Positions 1-8,324 of a stretch of DNA of 25,337 bases are shown here, piece by piece. Within the stretch, counting starts at the first letter, position 1. Each line of letters opens with the position of its first letter. Made by a program: the position numbers and the translations under genes. Source of the DNA: a virus (lineage: Duplodnaviria; Heunggongvirae; Uroviricota; Caudoviricetes); IMG/VR virus record IMGVR_UViG_2698536560_000009, positions 1-25,337 of that record. One strand, written 5' to 3'. The notes under the pieces are model-generated. The model had not been told where the DNA came from. It saw nothing but the letters and a program-made list of their open reading frames with translations, and ran no database searches.

Positions 1-324
1 TCAACTTTGTCCCTTATAGACGTTCTGCCATACGACGATGGAACCTACCTTAACAAATGATTCTTCGGTCAGGCTTCTATTAGTACCGCCATATACAATC
101 GGTATCCCAGTACTGGGTGAAGTACTTCGAGAGTTAACCGTCCCAGTACTGGGATAGTTTACCCCCTGATCTCCAACACGCATCATCTGGGAGGATGCAA
201 CGTAAGATAGTGCTGCTACACCAACACCAATAGCGATAGATGCAGCAAGACCTACGGCTGCATAGGCAGCGGCGGCGGCTGATGCACCTGCTATTACTGC
301 TGTTAATACGGCTGCTACTGCCAT
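1..324 (-). CDS. hypothetical distal-tail-module protein (lambda gpI position), hydrophobic Ala/Gly-rich N-terminus
   Basis: ATG at 322-324 on minus strand, TGA at 1-3. Last gene of the minus-strand tail block. First ~40 residues are A/G/V-rich and hydrophobic. Contains two CCCAGTACTGGG palindromes encoding P-S-T-G. No family recognised. Confidence 0.4.
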   Translation of the reverse strand: MAVAAVLTAVIAGASAAAAAYAAVGLAASIAIGVGVAALSYVASSQMMRVGDQGVNYPSTGTVNSRSTSPSTGIPIVYGGTNRSLTEESFVKVGSIVVWQNVYKGQS

Positions 325-325
325 G

Positions 326-715
326 TTATTTCCCTCCGAATCTATAAATTTTATAATTGTTTTCTATTGGTTCATATTTCATTACTGCATAAACACCATC
401 GATTGAAATGATTACTTTGCCTCTCCAGTACACAGTAGATTGGGAGCCAGTAATTAGGATATCCCCATCAAATGGTTCTACTTGTTTTGTACCCAGATCA
501 TTACATAGGGCATTTAGTGATTTATATGAACAATGTTCTTTTGCGTACTTTCGACCGCCAGTAGGTGACGTATATCTCTGATAGATTTCGTCCCTGTAAT
601 TTGTACCAAGAAGCATATCAATAACAGTCAGCGACATGATATGACAATCATTTTCACCGTATACAATTGGCTGACCGATTAGAGTACTAAGATATTCTGT
701 AATAAATCCATTCAT
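326..715 (-). CDS. putative tail tip assembly protein (gpK position), possible Cys/His peptidase-like
   Basis: ATG at 713-715 overlaps the upstream stop as TAATG. 129 aa with an N-terminal GENDCH motif and a later His, weakly reminiscent of NlpC/P60-type tail proteins. Function inferred mainly from position. Confidence 0.35.
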   Translation of the reverse strand: MNGFITEYLSTLIGQPIVYGENDCHIMSLTVIDMLLGTNYRDEIYQRYTSPTGGRKYAKEHCSYKSLNALCNDLGTKQVEPFDGDILITGSQSTVYWRGKVIISIDGVYAVMKYEPIENNYKIYRFGGK

Positions 716-1359
716 TATTTTTTACTCGCTTGCCAAAACTGTTCTGAACTATTTAGTATTCCGATTAGGTCAAAGAACTTATCACCCTTGTGGGTTGATT
801 GGTGAATTGATGTACTTGATAGTAGACGTTGTGTCTGGTCTAATTTCTTCCATATAGAATTAAGATTAACAGTGGTTTCATTCTGTGTGTTAGTTCCATC
901 TACAGAAAAATCACTGCTAAAATAATCTATATACCCACTAAAAATACGATAACGGTAAAGAAGTGCACCTGTTGCAGGGTTAACGATCCCCATCCAGATA
1001 TTAACTTTGGCATCTTTCCACAATCCTCTTAAAGCAAGGGAAAGATAATCCTGGCTTACGTTACTAATCTTAAACGTAGTACCGGTATTATTAATCTGAT
1101 TCTTTTCTACATAGTTCGCAAAGGATGAATCAATTAGATCTGGAATTGGTTTATATACAATGCCATTAATATTCTGTTCTACTACTGCATCAGTAAGATA
1201 TAAATTACTTCCTGTAGGAGGTAACAGATCAATCAGTTTTACCATGATTCCACACTGGTATAATTCCCTTTCTGTAAGAACTGACTTATTATCACCTCTC
1301 ATTAGATTCCAGTACTTTACTAATTCTGGGTTACTTAGTACATCGTTTGGAATTGCCAT
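715..1359 (-). CDS. minor tail protein (gpL position)
   Basis: 214 aa ORF with ATG at 1357-1359, directly downstream of the gpM-position gene in the tail block. No specific motif recognised. Confidence 0.4.
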   Translation of the reverse strand: MAIPNDVLSNPELVKYWNLMRGDNKSVLTERELYQCGIMVKLIDLLPPTGSNLYLTDAVVEQNINGIVYKPIPDLIDSSFANYVEKNQINNTGTTFKISNVSQDYLSLALRGLWKDAKVNIWMGIVNPATGALLYRYRIFSGYIDYFSSDFSVDGTNTQNETTVNLNSIWKKLDQTQRLLSSTSIHQSTHKGDKFFDLIGILNSSEQFWQASKK

Positions 1360-1360
1360 A

Positions 1361-1915
1361 TTACCCCCTTATATTCTCAGTTGCCGTAATTGTCATCTCA
1401 ATAATATTTGTACTTGGTAGATCATATGTAGAGTTAGCAGGTGTAAGAATAAAAGAACCCATTAGATTATCGTATTTTACAGTTTCCCCTATCTGGAGAT
1501 TTCGGATCAGTCCAGGGTAGATATTCAGAGTCGTTCCACTACGGGCAATAACACGATAGAGTTTTTTGTGTCCTGAGAATTGAATTAAATCACCAGGGGA
1601 AAGGTTATTAGTATTGGTCTGAATAGATGTAGCTCCGGCAGTACGGGCTGCTGTTACCTGTATACCCGTCGCCTGATTGCCTGAATAATCGCCCCACCAA
1701 CCAAGAGACATATCAAAAGGTCTGCCACTAGAATAGAGTGCAAGAAAGTTTGTTAAATCGGTTCTGTATTTTTTATTTGTTGTAACCTTAAAACTTATGC
1801 TGAAGTACTGTGTTCCGACAATACGGGTAATTACCTCACCAGACCATGTTTTGTTTTGGTATTGGGGGATATTATCAGAAAGTATAAAATCACTTATTAG
1901 AGAGTTATTAAACAT
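1361..1915 (-). CDS. minor/distal tail protein (gpM position)
   Basis: 184 aa ORF with ATG at 1913-1915 and an AGGAAAA Shine-Dalgarno just upstream. First gene after the tape measure gene, the usual position of the distal tail protein. Confidence 0.4.
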   Translation of the reverse strand: MFNNSLISDFILSDNIPQYQNKTWSGEVITRIVGTQYFSISFKVTTNKKYRTDLTNFLALYSSGRPFDMSLGWWGDYSGNQATGIQVTAARTAGATSIQTNTNNLSPGDLIQFSGHKKLYRVIARSGTTLNIYPGLIRNLQIGETVKYDNLMGSFILTPANSTYDLPSTNIIEMTITATENIRG

Positions 1916-1931
1916 ATATTTTCCTTATAAA

Positions 1932-1949
1932 GCCCACATGAATGTGGGC
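1932..1949 (-). terminator. intergenic hairpin downstream of the tape measure gene
   Basis: gcccaca / tgtgggc 7-bp stem with a 4-nt loop, between the tape measure stop and the next ATG. On the minus strand it is followed by UUUAUAAGGAAAA. It may be a partial terminator or an mRNA-stabilising hairpin. Confidence 0.25.
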
Positions 1950-1962
1950 ATACTGTATTTAC

Positions 1963-4224
1963 TTAGACGTTCCTCTGTTGGCTTTTACGTACTGCCTGAG
2001 TGATAGTATCGGCGTGTTTATCACACATACTCTGGAATTTTGAATCTGTGAGTTCTCCGGCACCCTGAATAATTAAAGGGGCATCAATTTTAATATCACC
2101 GCCTTTATCACCACCCTTATTATTCAAGTACTGTGTCAAGTCCTGGTTCAGAGATTTACCTACAACACGTTCACCTTTTTCAAGATTATATGTACCAGTC
2201 TTCGGTAGTGAGTCCCAGCCATCATGTGCCTGCCCTTCAATCTTTGTACCCTTAATCGTACTGACAATATTGGCACCTTCGGCAGCTACTTTAAGCCCTG
2301 CTGGAATCCCCATAGGCCATCCAAGTTTCATAGCCTCTGAAATACCCTGCTGAATATTGATAATAGACTGGGCAACTGCGATCCCTTTGCTCATTGCAAA
2401 TGCAGCTTTTGCCATAGCATTACTTTCACCAAATACACCTGCAAGAGTAGTACCGAGATCCTGAGCACCCGTTGCATACATAGAAAGTGTCTTTTGCTGG
2501 GCATCAATATTAGCCTGACTCATTTTGTCTGTAGTAGATTGTTGAATTGCTACCATGCGATCTTGGTAATCCTGATAACTTAATAACTTCTGTTCATACA
2601 GACTTTGATTCAGTGCTAATTCGGCCTGTCCTTCTGTTGCTAATGTATCGAGCGTGTTCTGATCGGCACTCATATTGAATGGATCTTGATTAAGTCCCAT
2701 ACGTTCGTTTTGACCTGCCAGTACTGAATTAAGGTCTTTCCCTGACATAGAACCACCAATTGCTGAAATATTCTGGGCAAGTTTAAGTGGGTCACTTTCG
2801 GTGAGCATTGAATCAACCATTTCTTTATACAGGCGTTTACGTGAATCAGTCTGCTTTCTTAATAGTTCAGTCTTTTCAGCTTCAGTTTTACCGAGAGTAG
2901 TTGCACTTGTTTTAATGCGTTGTTCTATTTCATCCTGGGTCTTATTAAATTGCTGTAGCTGGAGGGCAGCACCATTACCTGCAATACCATTCATAGTCTG
3001 TTCCAGTACTTTGGCAGCCTGAATACGATCCTTTGCGGCCTTATCACTGGCTTTTTTCGCTTCTTCCCCTGCTTTACCATCATCAAAGTTAGAACGCTCT
3101 TTTGTCGTTCCTGTATATGCCTTTGTGGTTGGTTTATAGTCTTCCTGAGAATATCCACGGGCAAGGGCAGCAAGACCACCAATACCTGGGCCTAGTGGTG
3201 AGAAAACTGCATCGGCTGCTGTCTGTACGTGTTTACGTCCTTTTGCTATTTGCTCTGGTGTAAACTCGGGTAATTCAAGGCCAATCTTTGAGCCTACATT
3301 ACGGATCATGTCATAGAATTTAATTACCTGATCGTATAACGACTGTATGATCGTATTATTTGAATCCCAGTTAAAGAATGAATTAATAAACTCAACTGCT
3401 TTTGTTTTGAGGTTGTCAAACCATTGATATATTTCCTTACAGGCTTTTACGAGTCCATTAAAAATATCAATGAGGGGTGTAACAATTTCAAATGCAAGAG
3501 TTTTCAGTCCACTACCAAGACCTGAAGTATTCTGACTTAACAGATCAAATGTTTTTGCCTGTTCATTAGTCATTGCTACGTTCTGGGCTGCAAGAGAGTT
3601 ATTAAATTCAATCTCACTGTTAAAAGAGTTGAATGTCGGTATTAGTTTTGCAGCATCACCACCGAGGGCGTTGATCATATTTGTTATTTCGGCAAGATTT
3701 GCACCATTCTTTTTCATATCAAAAAAGACTTTTGACAATGCCTGTAAACCACCATCTGCCTGTTTTAATGTCGGTATTAGGCTATTTACATCTACGCCGA
3801 ATGTTTTTAAGTCGGCACCAACACCAGAACCGTCAGCAGACGCAATACCAAGCTGGTCCATCACTGCTTCGTTAATCGAACCAACTTCTTCCATAGATAA
3901 TCCTATGGTTTTGAATGCTCCTGACCACTGCTGAAGTTGCTCGGCACTCAGTCCGGTTGTACGGGTCAATGCGTTGATCTCGTTTGCAAGACCAATTGTA
4001 TATGTAGTCAGTGCTGTAATAGCTGTAATTGCCAAGGTTGCCGCATTACCAACACCACCAAGACCAGTTGCCATTGTGCTTAGTCCACCACTAATACCAC
4101 CAAATACACCACCAGCACGATCACCAAAGTCGGCAAGTCCATTGCCAGCACTTTTTAAAGATTTTTGTAACCCAGATTCATCACCAGTGATTTCAAAAAT
4201 CATCTGTTGTTTATTCCCTGCCAT
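1963..4224 (-). CDS. tail tape measure protein
   Basis: 753 aa, Gly/Ala-rich N-terminus then long helical Q/E/K/A-rich regions typical of tape measure proteins. Lies immediately downstream of the G/GT chaperone pair; the GT stop (4226-4228) is 1 nt from its ATG (4222-4224). At roughly 0.15 nm per residue this implies a tail of about 110 nm. Confidence 0.8.
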   Translation of the reverse strand: MAGNKQQMIFEITGDESGLQKSLKSAGNGLADFGDRAGGVFGGISGGLSTMATGLGGVGNAATLAITAITALTTYTIGLANEINALTRTTGLSAEQLQQWSGAFKTIGLSMEEVGSINEAVMDQLGIASADGSGVGADLKTFGVDVNSLIPTLKQADGGLQALSKVFFDMKKNGANLAEITNMINALGGDAAKLIPTFNSFNSEIEFNNSLAAQNVAMTNEQAKTFDLLSQNTSGLGSGLKTLAFEIVTPLIDIFNGLVKACKEIYQWFDNLKTKAVEFINSFFNWDSNNTIIQSLYDQVIKFYDMIRNVGSKIGLELPEFTPEQIAKGRKHVQTAADAVFSPLGPGIGGLAALARGYSQEDYKPTTKAYTGTTKERSNFDDGKAGEEAKKASDKAAKDRIQAAKVLEQTMNGIAGNGAALQLQQFNKTQDEIEQRIKTSATTLGKTEAEKTELLRKQTDSRKRLYKEMVDSMLTESDPLKLAQNISAIGGSMSGKDLNSVLAGQNERMGLNQDPFNMSADQNTLDTLATEGQAELALNQSLYEQKLLSYQDYQDRMVAIQQSTTDKMSQANIDAQQKTLSMYATGAQDLGTTLAGVFGESNAMAKAAFAMSKGIAVAQSIINIQQGISEAMKLGWPMGIPAGLKVAAEGANIVSTIKGTKIEGQAHDGWDSLPKTGTYNLEKGERVVGKSLNQDLTQYLNNKGGDKGGDIKIDAPLIIQGAGELTDSKFQSMCDKHADTITQAVRKSQQRNV

Positions 4225-4225
4225 A

Positions 4226-4588
4226 TTATTTTCTTCCCATCCAGTTTAACATGTTAGCTCTCTGTTCTTCGGCGATCCGTTTCTCTCTCTCTTCGGCTTG
4301 TTCTTTAATGGTCTTATTGTTGATGATATTAAGAGAATCCAATTCTGTGATACTGAATTTCTTTAAGTCTTCCTTCTTAATATTCCCAGTACTGAGCCAT
4401 ATAGCCTGGAGTATTTCGGTATGTCTTACCTGTTCAATTCTGGAAGAATTTGGTTCTACAAAAGTGTCATATACAAATAGATAGATAAAAAGCGAAAAGG
4501 GCATGGTGCAGAGATCTTCCACACCACACCCTTTTGTCATCAGCATTTTTAGAGAAAGTTTAAGAAACGGATCGCCCCTTACTTTTTT
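4226..4588 (-). CDS. tail assembly chaperone -1 frameshift extension (gpT-like part of G-T fusion)
   Basis: This frame is open from 4588 down to the TAA at 4226-4228 and is the -1 frame relative to the G-like ORF. The slippery heptamer A_AAA_AAG sits at 4588..4582 on the minus strand, just before the G stop. The ORF-track Met at 4546 is internal to the extension. Confidence 0.6.
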   Translation of the reverse strand, partial: KKVRGDPFLKLSLKMLMTKGCGVEDLCTMPFSLFIYLFVYDTFVEPNSSRIEQVRHTEILQAIWLSTGNIKKEDLKKFSITELDSLNIINNKTIKEQAEEREKRIAEEQRANMLNWMGRK

Positions 4589-4869
4589 TCAATTTCTTCA
4601 ATATTCATAGCTTCGGTAAAAATACGCGTGATTTCGGTATTAAGTTTGATTTGATAAACCATGTCAATTTCGCTCTCTACCTGTTCTGGTGATTTAAAAA
4701 GTTGTTTACCATTGGCATCAACTACACAGTAATGGATTGTAGTGTACGGGTCACTACATTCACTATACTTAGAAATAGCTGGAAGACGAATATAAACAGT
4801 AAACCCCGGAGCAAGTTCAAAGGCATGTTTTTTGACACCAATTGCTGTCATTAGATTAGATAGATCCAT
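4579..4869 (-). CDS. tail assembly chaperone (gpG-like)
   Basis: 96 aa acidic ORF between the tail tube gene and the tape measure gene. Ends ...EIEKK-stop with the final codons GAA AAA AAG TAA forming a classic slippery site. Confidence 0.6.
   Translation of the reverse strand: MDLSNLMTAIGVKKHAFELAPGFTVYIRLPAISKYSECSDPYTTIHYCVVDANGKQLFKSPEQVESEIDMVYQIKLNTEITRIFTEAMNIEEIEKK
4582..4588 (-). other. programmed -1 ribosomal frameshift slippery heptamer A_AAA_AAG (G to GT)
   Basis: The minus-strand mRNA reads GAA AAA AAG UAA in the G frame. After a -1 slip it reads AAA AAA GUA AGG... into the open T frame. Confidence 0.6.
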
Positions 4870-4901
4870 GTGTATTTTTTCCTTATTATGATTATTTTAT
4901 A

Positions 4902-5378
4902 TTATGGTTTTGCTGCAATTTCACCAACTGCTACAGGTTCGCCCGTGATTGTCATAACAAATTCACGTGTTGCTACAGCGTCAAAATCGCCACCGACAAC
5001 ATCAGAACTAATATAGCCATTAACTATCGAGTAATAACCCACTCCATCGGTATCAGCGATGTTTTCGTAATAAGTTACTTTTACCTGCATAAGCGTCTGT
5101 TTTTGAGCTGCGGTAACTAACATCTCTTGACCTACTGCCCCTGGTTTCCAGTTCACCGATAGGGTTAGATCTGGCACAGAACGAGATCCTAAAAGCTTCT
5201 GTGCGTACTGCTTACCAAATGTATTTACTGAGATAATTGTAGACTCAGCACCTGCTGCTGCCGGGAAAGCTGCAACTTCTTCAATTACTGTAAAAGTGGT
5301 TGCCTGACCACCACCTGCTGGTGCTTCTGCAATTTCTACTACAACGTTATTCGCTGCGAAAATTCGATTAAAAGCCAT
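4902..5378 (-). CDS. major tail tube protein (lambda gpV-like N-domain)
   Basis: 158 aa, immediately upstream of the chaperone genes. The pattern LTLSVNWKPG...NGY...GDFDAV..REFV resembles the gpV tube domain and is shared with the N-terminus of the 560-aa protein at 8288-9970. Confidence 0.55.
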   Translation of the reverse strand: MAFNRIFAANNVVVEIAEAPAGGGQATTFTVIEEVAAFPAAAGAESTIISVNTFGKQYAQKLLGSRSVPDLTLSVNWKPGAVGQEMLVTAAQKQTLMQVKVTYYENIADTDGVGYYSIVNGYISSDVVGGDFDAVATREFVMTITGEPVAVGEIAAKP

Positions 5379-5399
5379 TTTAATTTCCTTATTTAATTA

Positions 5400-5435
5400 G
5401 GGTAACGTCCTGTTACCCGTTTCCTTTTTTTATTT
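5400..5435 (+). terminator. hairpin plus T-run, oriented antisense to the late operon
   Basis: gggtaac-gtcct-gttaccc stem-loop (5400-5418) followed by gtttcctttttttattt on the plus strand. It lies between the 964-aa gene and the tail tube gene. Confidence 0.3.
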
Positions 5436-8324
5436 ATGAAGATTGTAGTAATGCACATATAGCCCCAATCCGCGTAAAAGTTCACCCGAATAGAAACCAA
5501 AGAACATACTATTGTTTTCGGCAGTTGTTTCATTACCTGTTCTGATTGACGCAGGCCATGTACCATTCATTACATGATTTGGTGAAATAACTGCATAGTT
5601 AAGTTGTATTTCATCAAATAGTAATTGAATTAGCTCATGATCTGGATATCCGGCGATAGCCATCATACATGCCCCTGCTAACCATAGACCGGACATATGA
5701 GGGGTAAAGCCATCATATTCTACAGAACCATTATCCCTAAAATAGGTAGGAGCTTTACCGCCATTATTTTTCATGAACCATTTTAGATAGTTCATCCAGT
5801 TCTGGCAGAAAGATATTAGTTTAGGAGGTATTACAGTACTGTCTTGTCGTGACCATAATTCATGTACTGCATCACACCCACCAAAGAAAGCCCTTGGTTC
5901 GTATCCACTCCATGCTTCGGCGTACCAGTGCTGCATTATGAATTGATCTGGCTTACCATCAGGGGCATATGCTAAAGCGTCCTGTCTGTTCCATACGAAA
6001 GCCTGTGCACATGGTCCTGGTAATGATGGTTTAAATTTATTTGTAAACCATGCCTGAGAATCATATAGAAAATTGATACTGTTATTTAAGCGAGTATGAT
6101 CTATTTCTGTTCCTTTAAAGCACCAGATCGCCGGTAGTTGATAACCCGGATACGGTAGACCACGCCACCCAGAATATAACTGGGCATAGGGATCGGTAAT
6201 GTTAGAGAACGGAATTAAACCCGGAGTATACGCAAGACTATCTAGCATATAATCCTTAATAGTACAGTCACCTAAACGGGCTGTGTAACCATTACCAGTT
6301 GTGTCGTTAAACGTAAGCAGTACTGTGACCGAATAATCACCTGTCCCACCATCTGTATACATCGCAGGCAAATCATTAATACAATACCAGTCAATCTTCC
6401 CATTCACACCATTTACTGGATCTGCATCAAGTAGCAGTGTGAAAGATTCACGGTTCGTTAGTACTGGGCTTGCGGGAATAGGATCAGGTTGAATCCATTC
6501 TCCTGGGTTATCTGGATCTTCAATTTCGGGGTGATCGGGTTGATAACCGTTTAGTTTGAAGTCAGCAATAGTAAAAGTCTTTGTAACCCATTCACCATTT
6601 GTTGCAGGGAGCATAGCCCACCAACGCCATTTATTATCATCACTTATACGAAAGTTAAAATCATCATCATATGAACGATAGGTAAAAGATTGAATATTGG
6701 CAGTCTCTGGTGTGAATATCCAAAACCCCACCACCTGTCCCCCGTCACCATCCATTGTTGTAGACACGACGTTATCGTAATAATTTCCAAGTACTCCACT
6801 CTGATATTCAAAGTTTGTTACCGTGTTATCTCCATAATCGGCGATCATACGTAGATCAGCAGTCATATAATTAGAGCCATCTGGTTTCATTACACGTGTA
6901 AAACGATTCATAGGAATGTCCATTGTAGTGATAGAGCCATCTGGATTAGTCATTGGTAGACCACACCGATAATCAATTGCACCTTCTTCTGTTTTTGTTT
7001 TATTCACTGTGACTTCAGCAGAAACTGACATTGCAGTACTGGTATTATCAACACCACCATATTCAATATGAAACTTTGAGTTATTATTGAATTTAAACCA
7101 GATTGATTGTTGTTCTAACATCGTCTGTGCGGATGCACTTTGATTTATTACAATATAACCCTGTGCATCACGGGAATATGATGCTACTTGCTCACTTGGG
7201 TAGAAGTAGTCGTATGAAATACCATCAGTAAAAGGTGTTACGGCAATAGTAGATTTACGAAAGAACATATCGTACTTGTCAATATCTGAATATCCATAAC
7301 AGGTTAATAGTGCACATTGCCACGCAAGATAATACTGGCGTTCTCCTGTAATATCCCAAAGTAGCTTGGCTGCCTGACAAAACCATAATTCGGCATCTGA
7401 TGCATTATCAGAGAAGTCCAAAGAACCATAGTTATCAATCGGTACGTGTACAGGTCGGTTATGCCAGCGTTCATTACGCTTGAACATATACCCGCCATGT
7501 TCTACAGGGTTTCGGGTTGCATAGTTAAAACGATATTCACCAGTAATGGTTTTATTCTTTAACTGTACTGTACCTTCCTGACCAGTTAGACCGGATTGCA
7601 GTACAGTGCCGTTTGAGTCTACCTTACGTCCGGTACGATCAATGATCCATTCGACGTCATAGGTTGGTGCTTTAGTGTCCCAGTCTATTGAGTCTTCATT
7701 GGCAAGCCACAGATAAGCAGTTGCGTTAACCTGATTCCAGCCAAGTCCCGCACGCTTAGGGAAGGCAAACCATACTGCATCGAGGTATTCACCCCAGTGT
7801 GGTGCACCATGTGGGATCTTTGTAAGGCCATTAGCCCATGTGAATAGTGTCCCTTTAAAACCGCCATGCGTCGGATATTCTGGATCTAATGGGTAGTGTG
7901 CCAGTACTGGAGCCTTCCCATTACAAATCCAATTACAGCGTAGTGATGAACTCGGTGGATCTGGAAATGGTGCACCACGATAGAACGCCTTGTGATATGC
8001 GTTAAAGTACTCTTTTGCCTTCTGTAGATAGAAAGGGTCTTTAGTTGCCTGATACACATATATTGCCCCCAGAATCTGGAGGCTTTGACCTTCTGTAGTT
8101 GCATCACCTTCCGGCTGTGCCTCCCATCCAGTTTCTGCAATAAAGTGACGGTTGTTTGCAAGTACATTATCTGGGTTTAATACATAGTGCTGTGTCTTAT
8201 TATTTGTTGTAAGGCCAGTATTACGTGCCAAGAACTTAAACTGACCTTCGATCATTTGATATGCATTATCTATATTGTGTGGTTTCATTATTTCATATCT
8301 GCCATTAGTAGAGAGCCGTACCAA
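5430..8324 (-). CDS. large virion-associated protein, possible carbohydrate-active/receptor-binding enzyme
   Basis: 964 aa (952 aa if ATG at 8286-8288 is used instead of the TTG at 8322-8324, which has a GGGGG Shine-Dalgarno). Very rich in W/Y/F with Gly-aromatic motifs such as GFTPHMSGLWLAGACMMAIAGYPDHE and FFGFYSGELLRGLGLY, which suggest a glycosidase-like fold. The functional call is inference only. Confidence 0.3.
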   Translation of the reverse strand: MVRLSTNGRYEIMKPHNIDNAYQMIEGQFKFLARNTGLTTNNKTQHYVLNPDNVLANNRHFIAETGWEAQPEGDATTEGQSLQILGAIYVYQATKDPFYLQKAKEYFNAYHKAFYRGAPFPDPPSSSLRCNWICNGKAPVLAHYPLDPEYPTHGGFKGTLFTWANGLTKIPHGAPHWGEYLDAVWFAFPKRAGLGWNQVNATAYLWLANEDSIDWDTKAPTYDVEWIIDRTGRKVDSNGTVLQSGLTGQEGTVQLKNKTITGEYRFNYATRNPVEHGGYMFKRNERWHNRPVHVPIDNYGSLDFSDNASDAELWFCQAAKLLWDITGERQYYLAWQCALLTCYGYSDIDKYDMFFRKSTIAVTPFTDGISYDYFYPSEQVASYSRDAQGYIVINQSASAQTMLEQQSIWFKFNNNSKFHIEYGGVDNTSTAMSVSAEVTVNKTKTEEGAIDYRCGLPMTNPDGSITTMDIPMNRFTRVMKPDGSNYMTADLRMIADYGDNTVTNFEYQSGVLGNYYDNVVSTTMDGDGGQVVGFWIFTPETANIQSFTYRSYDDDFNFRISDDNKWRWWAMLPATNGEWVTKTFTIADFKLNGYQPDHPEIEDPDNPGEWIQPDPIPASPVLTNRESFTLLLDADPVNGVNGKIDWYCINDLPAMYTDGGTGDYSVTVLLTFNDTTGNGYTARLGDCTIKDYMLDSLAYTPGLIPFSNITDPYAQLYSGWRGLPYPGYQLPAIWCFKGTEIDHTRLNNSINFLYDSQAWFTNKFKPSLPGPCAQAFVWNRQDALAYAPDGKPDQFIMQHWYAEAWSGYEPRAFFGGCDAVHELWSRQDSTVIPPKLISFCQNWMNYLKWFMKNNGGKAPTYFRDNGSVEYDGFTPHMSGLWLAGACMMAIAGYPDHELIQLLFDEIQLNYAVISPNHVMNGTWPASIRTGNETTAENNSMFFGFYSGELLRGLGLYVHYYNLHK

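Noticed and set aside
7304-8167. Three small minus-strand ORFs (64, 60 and 93 aa) inside the 964-aa gene
   Set aside because: They are alternative-frame ORFs fully nested in a long, continuous, well-supported coding frame.
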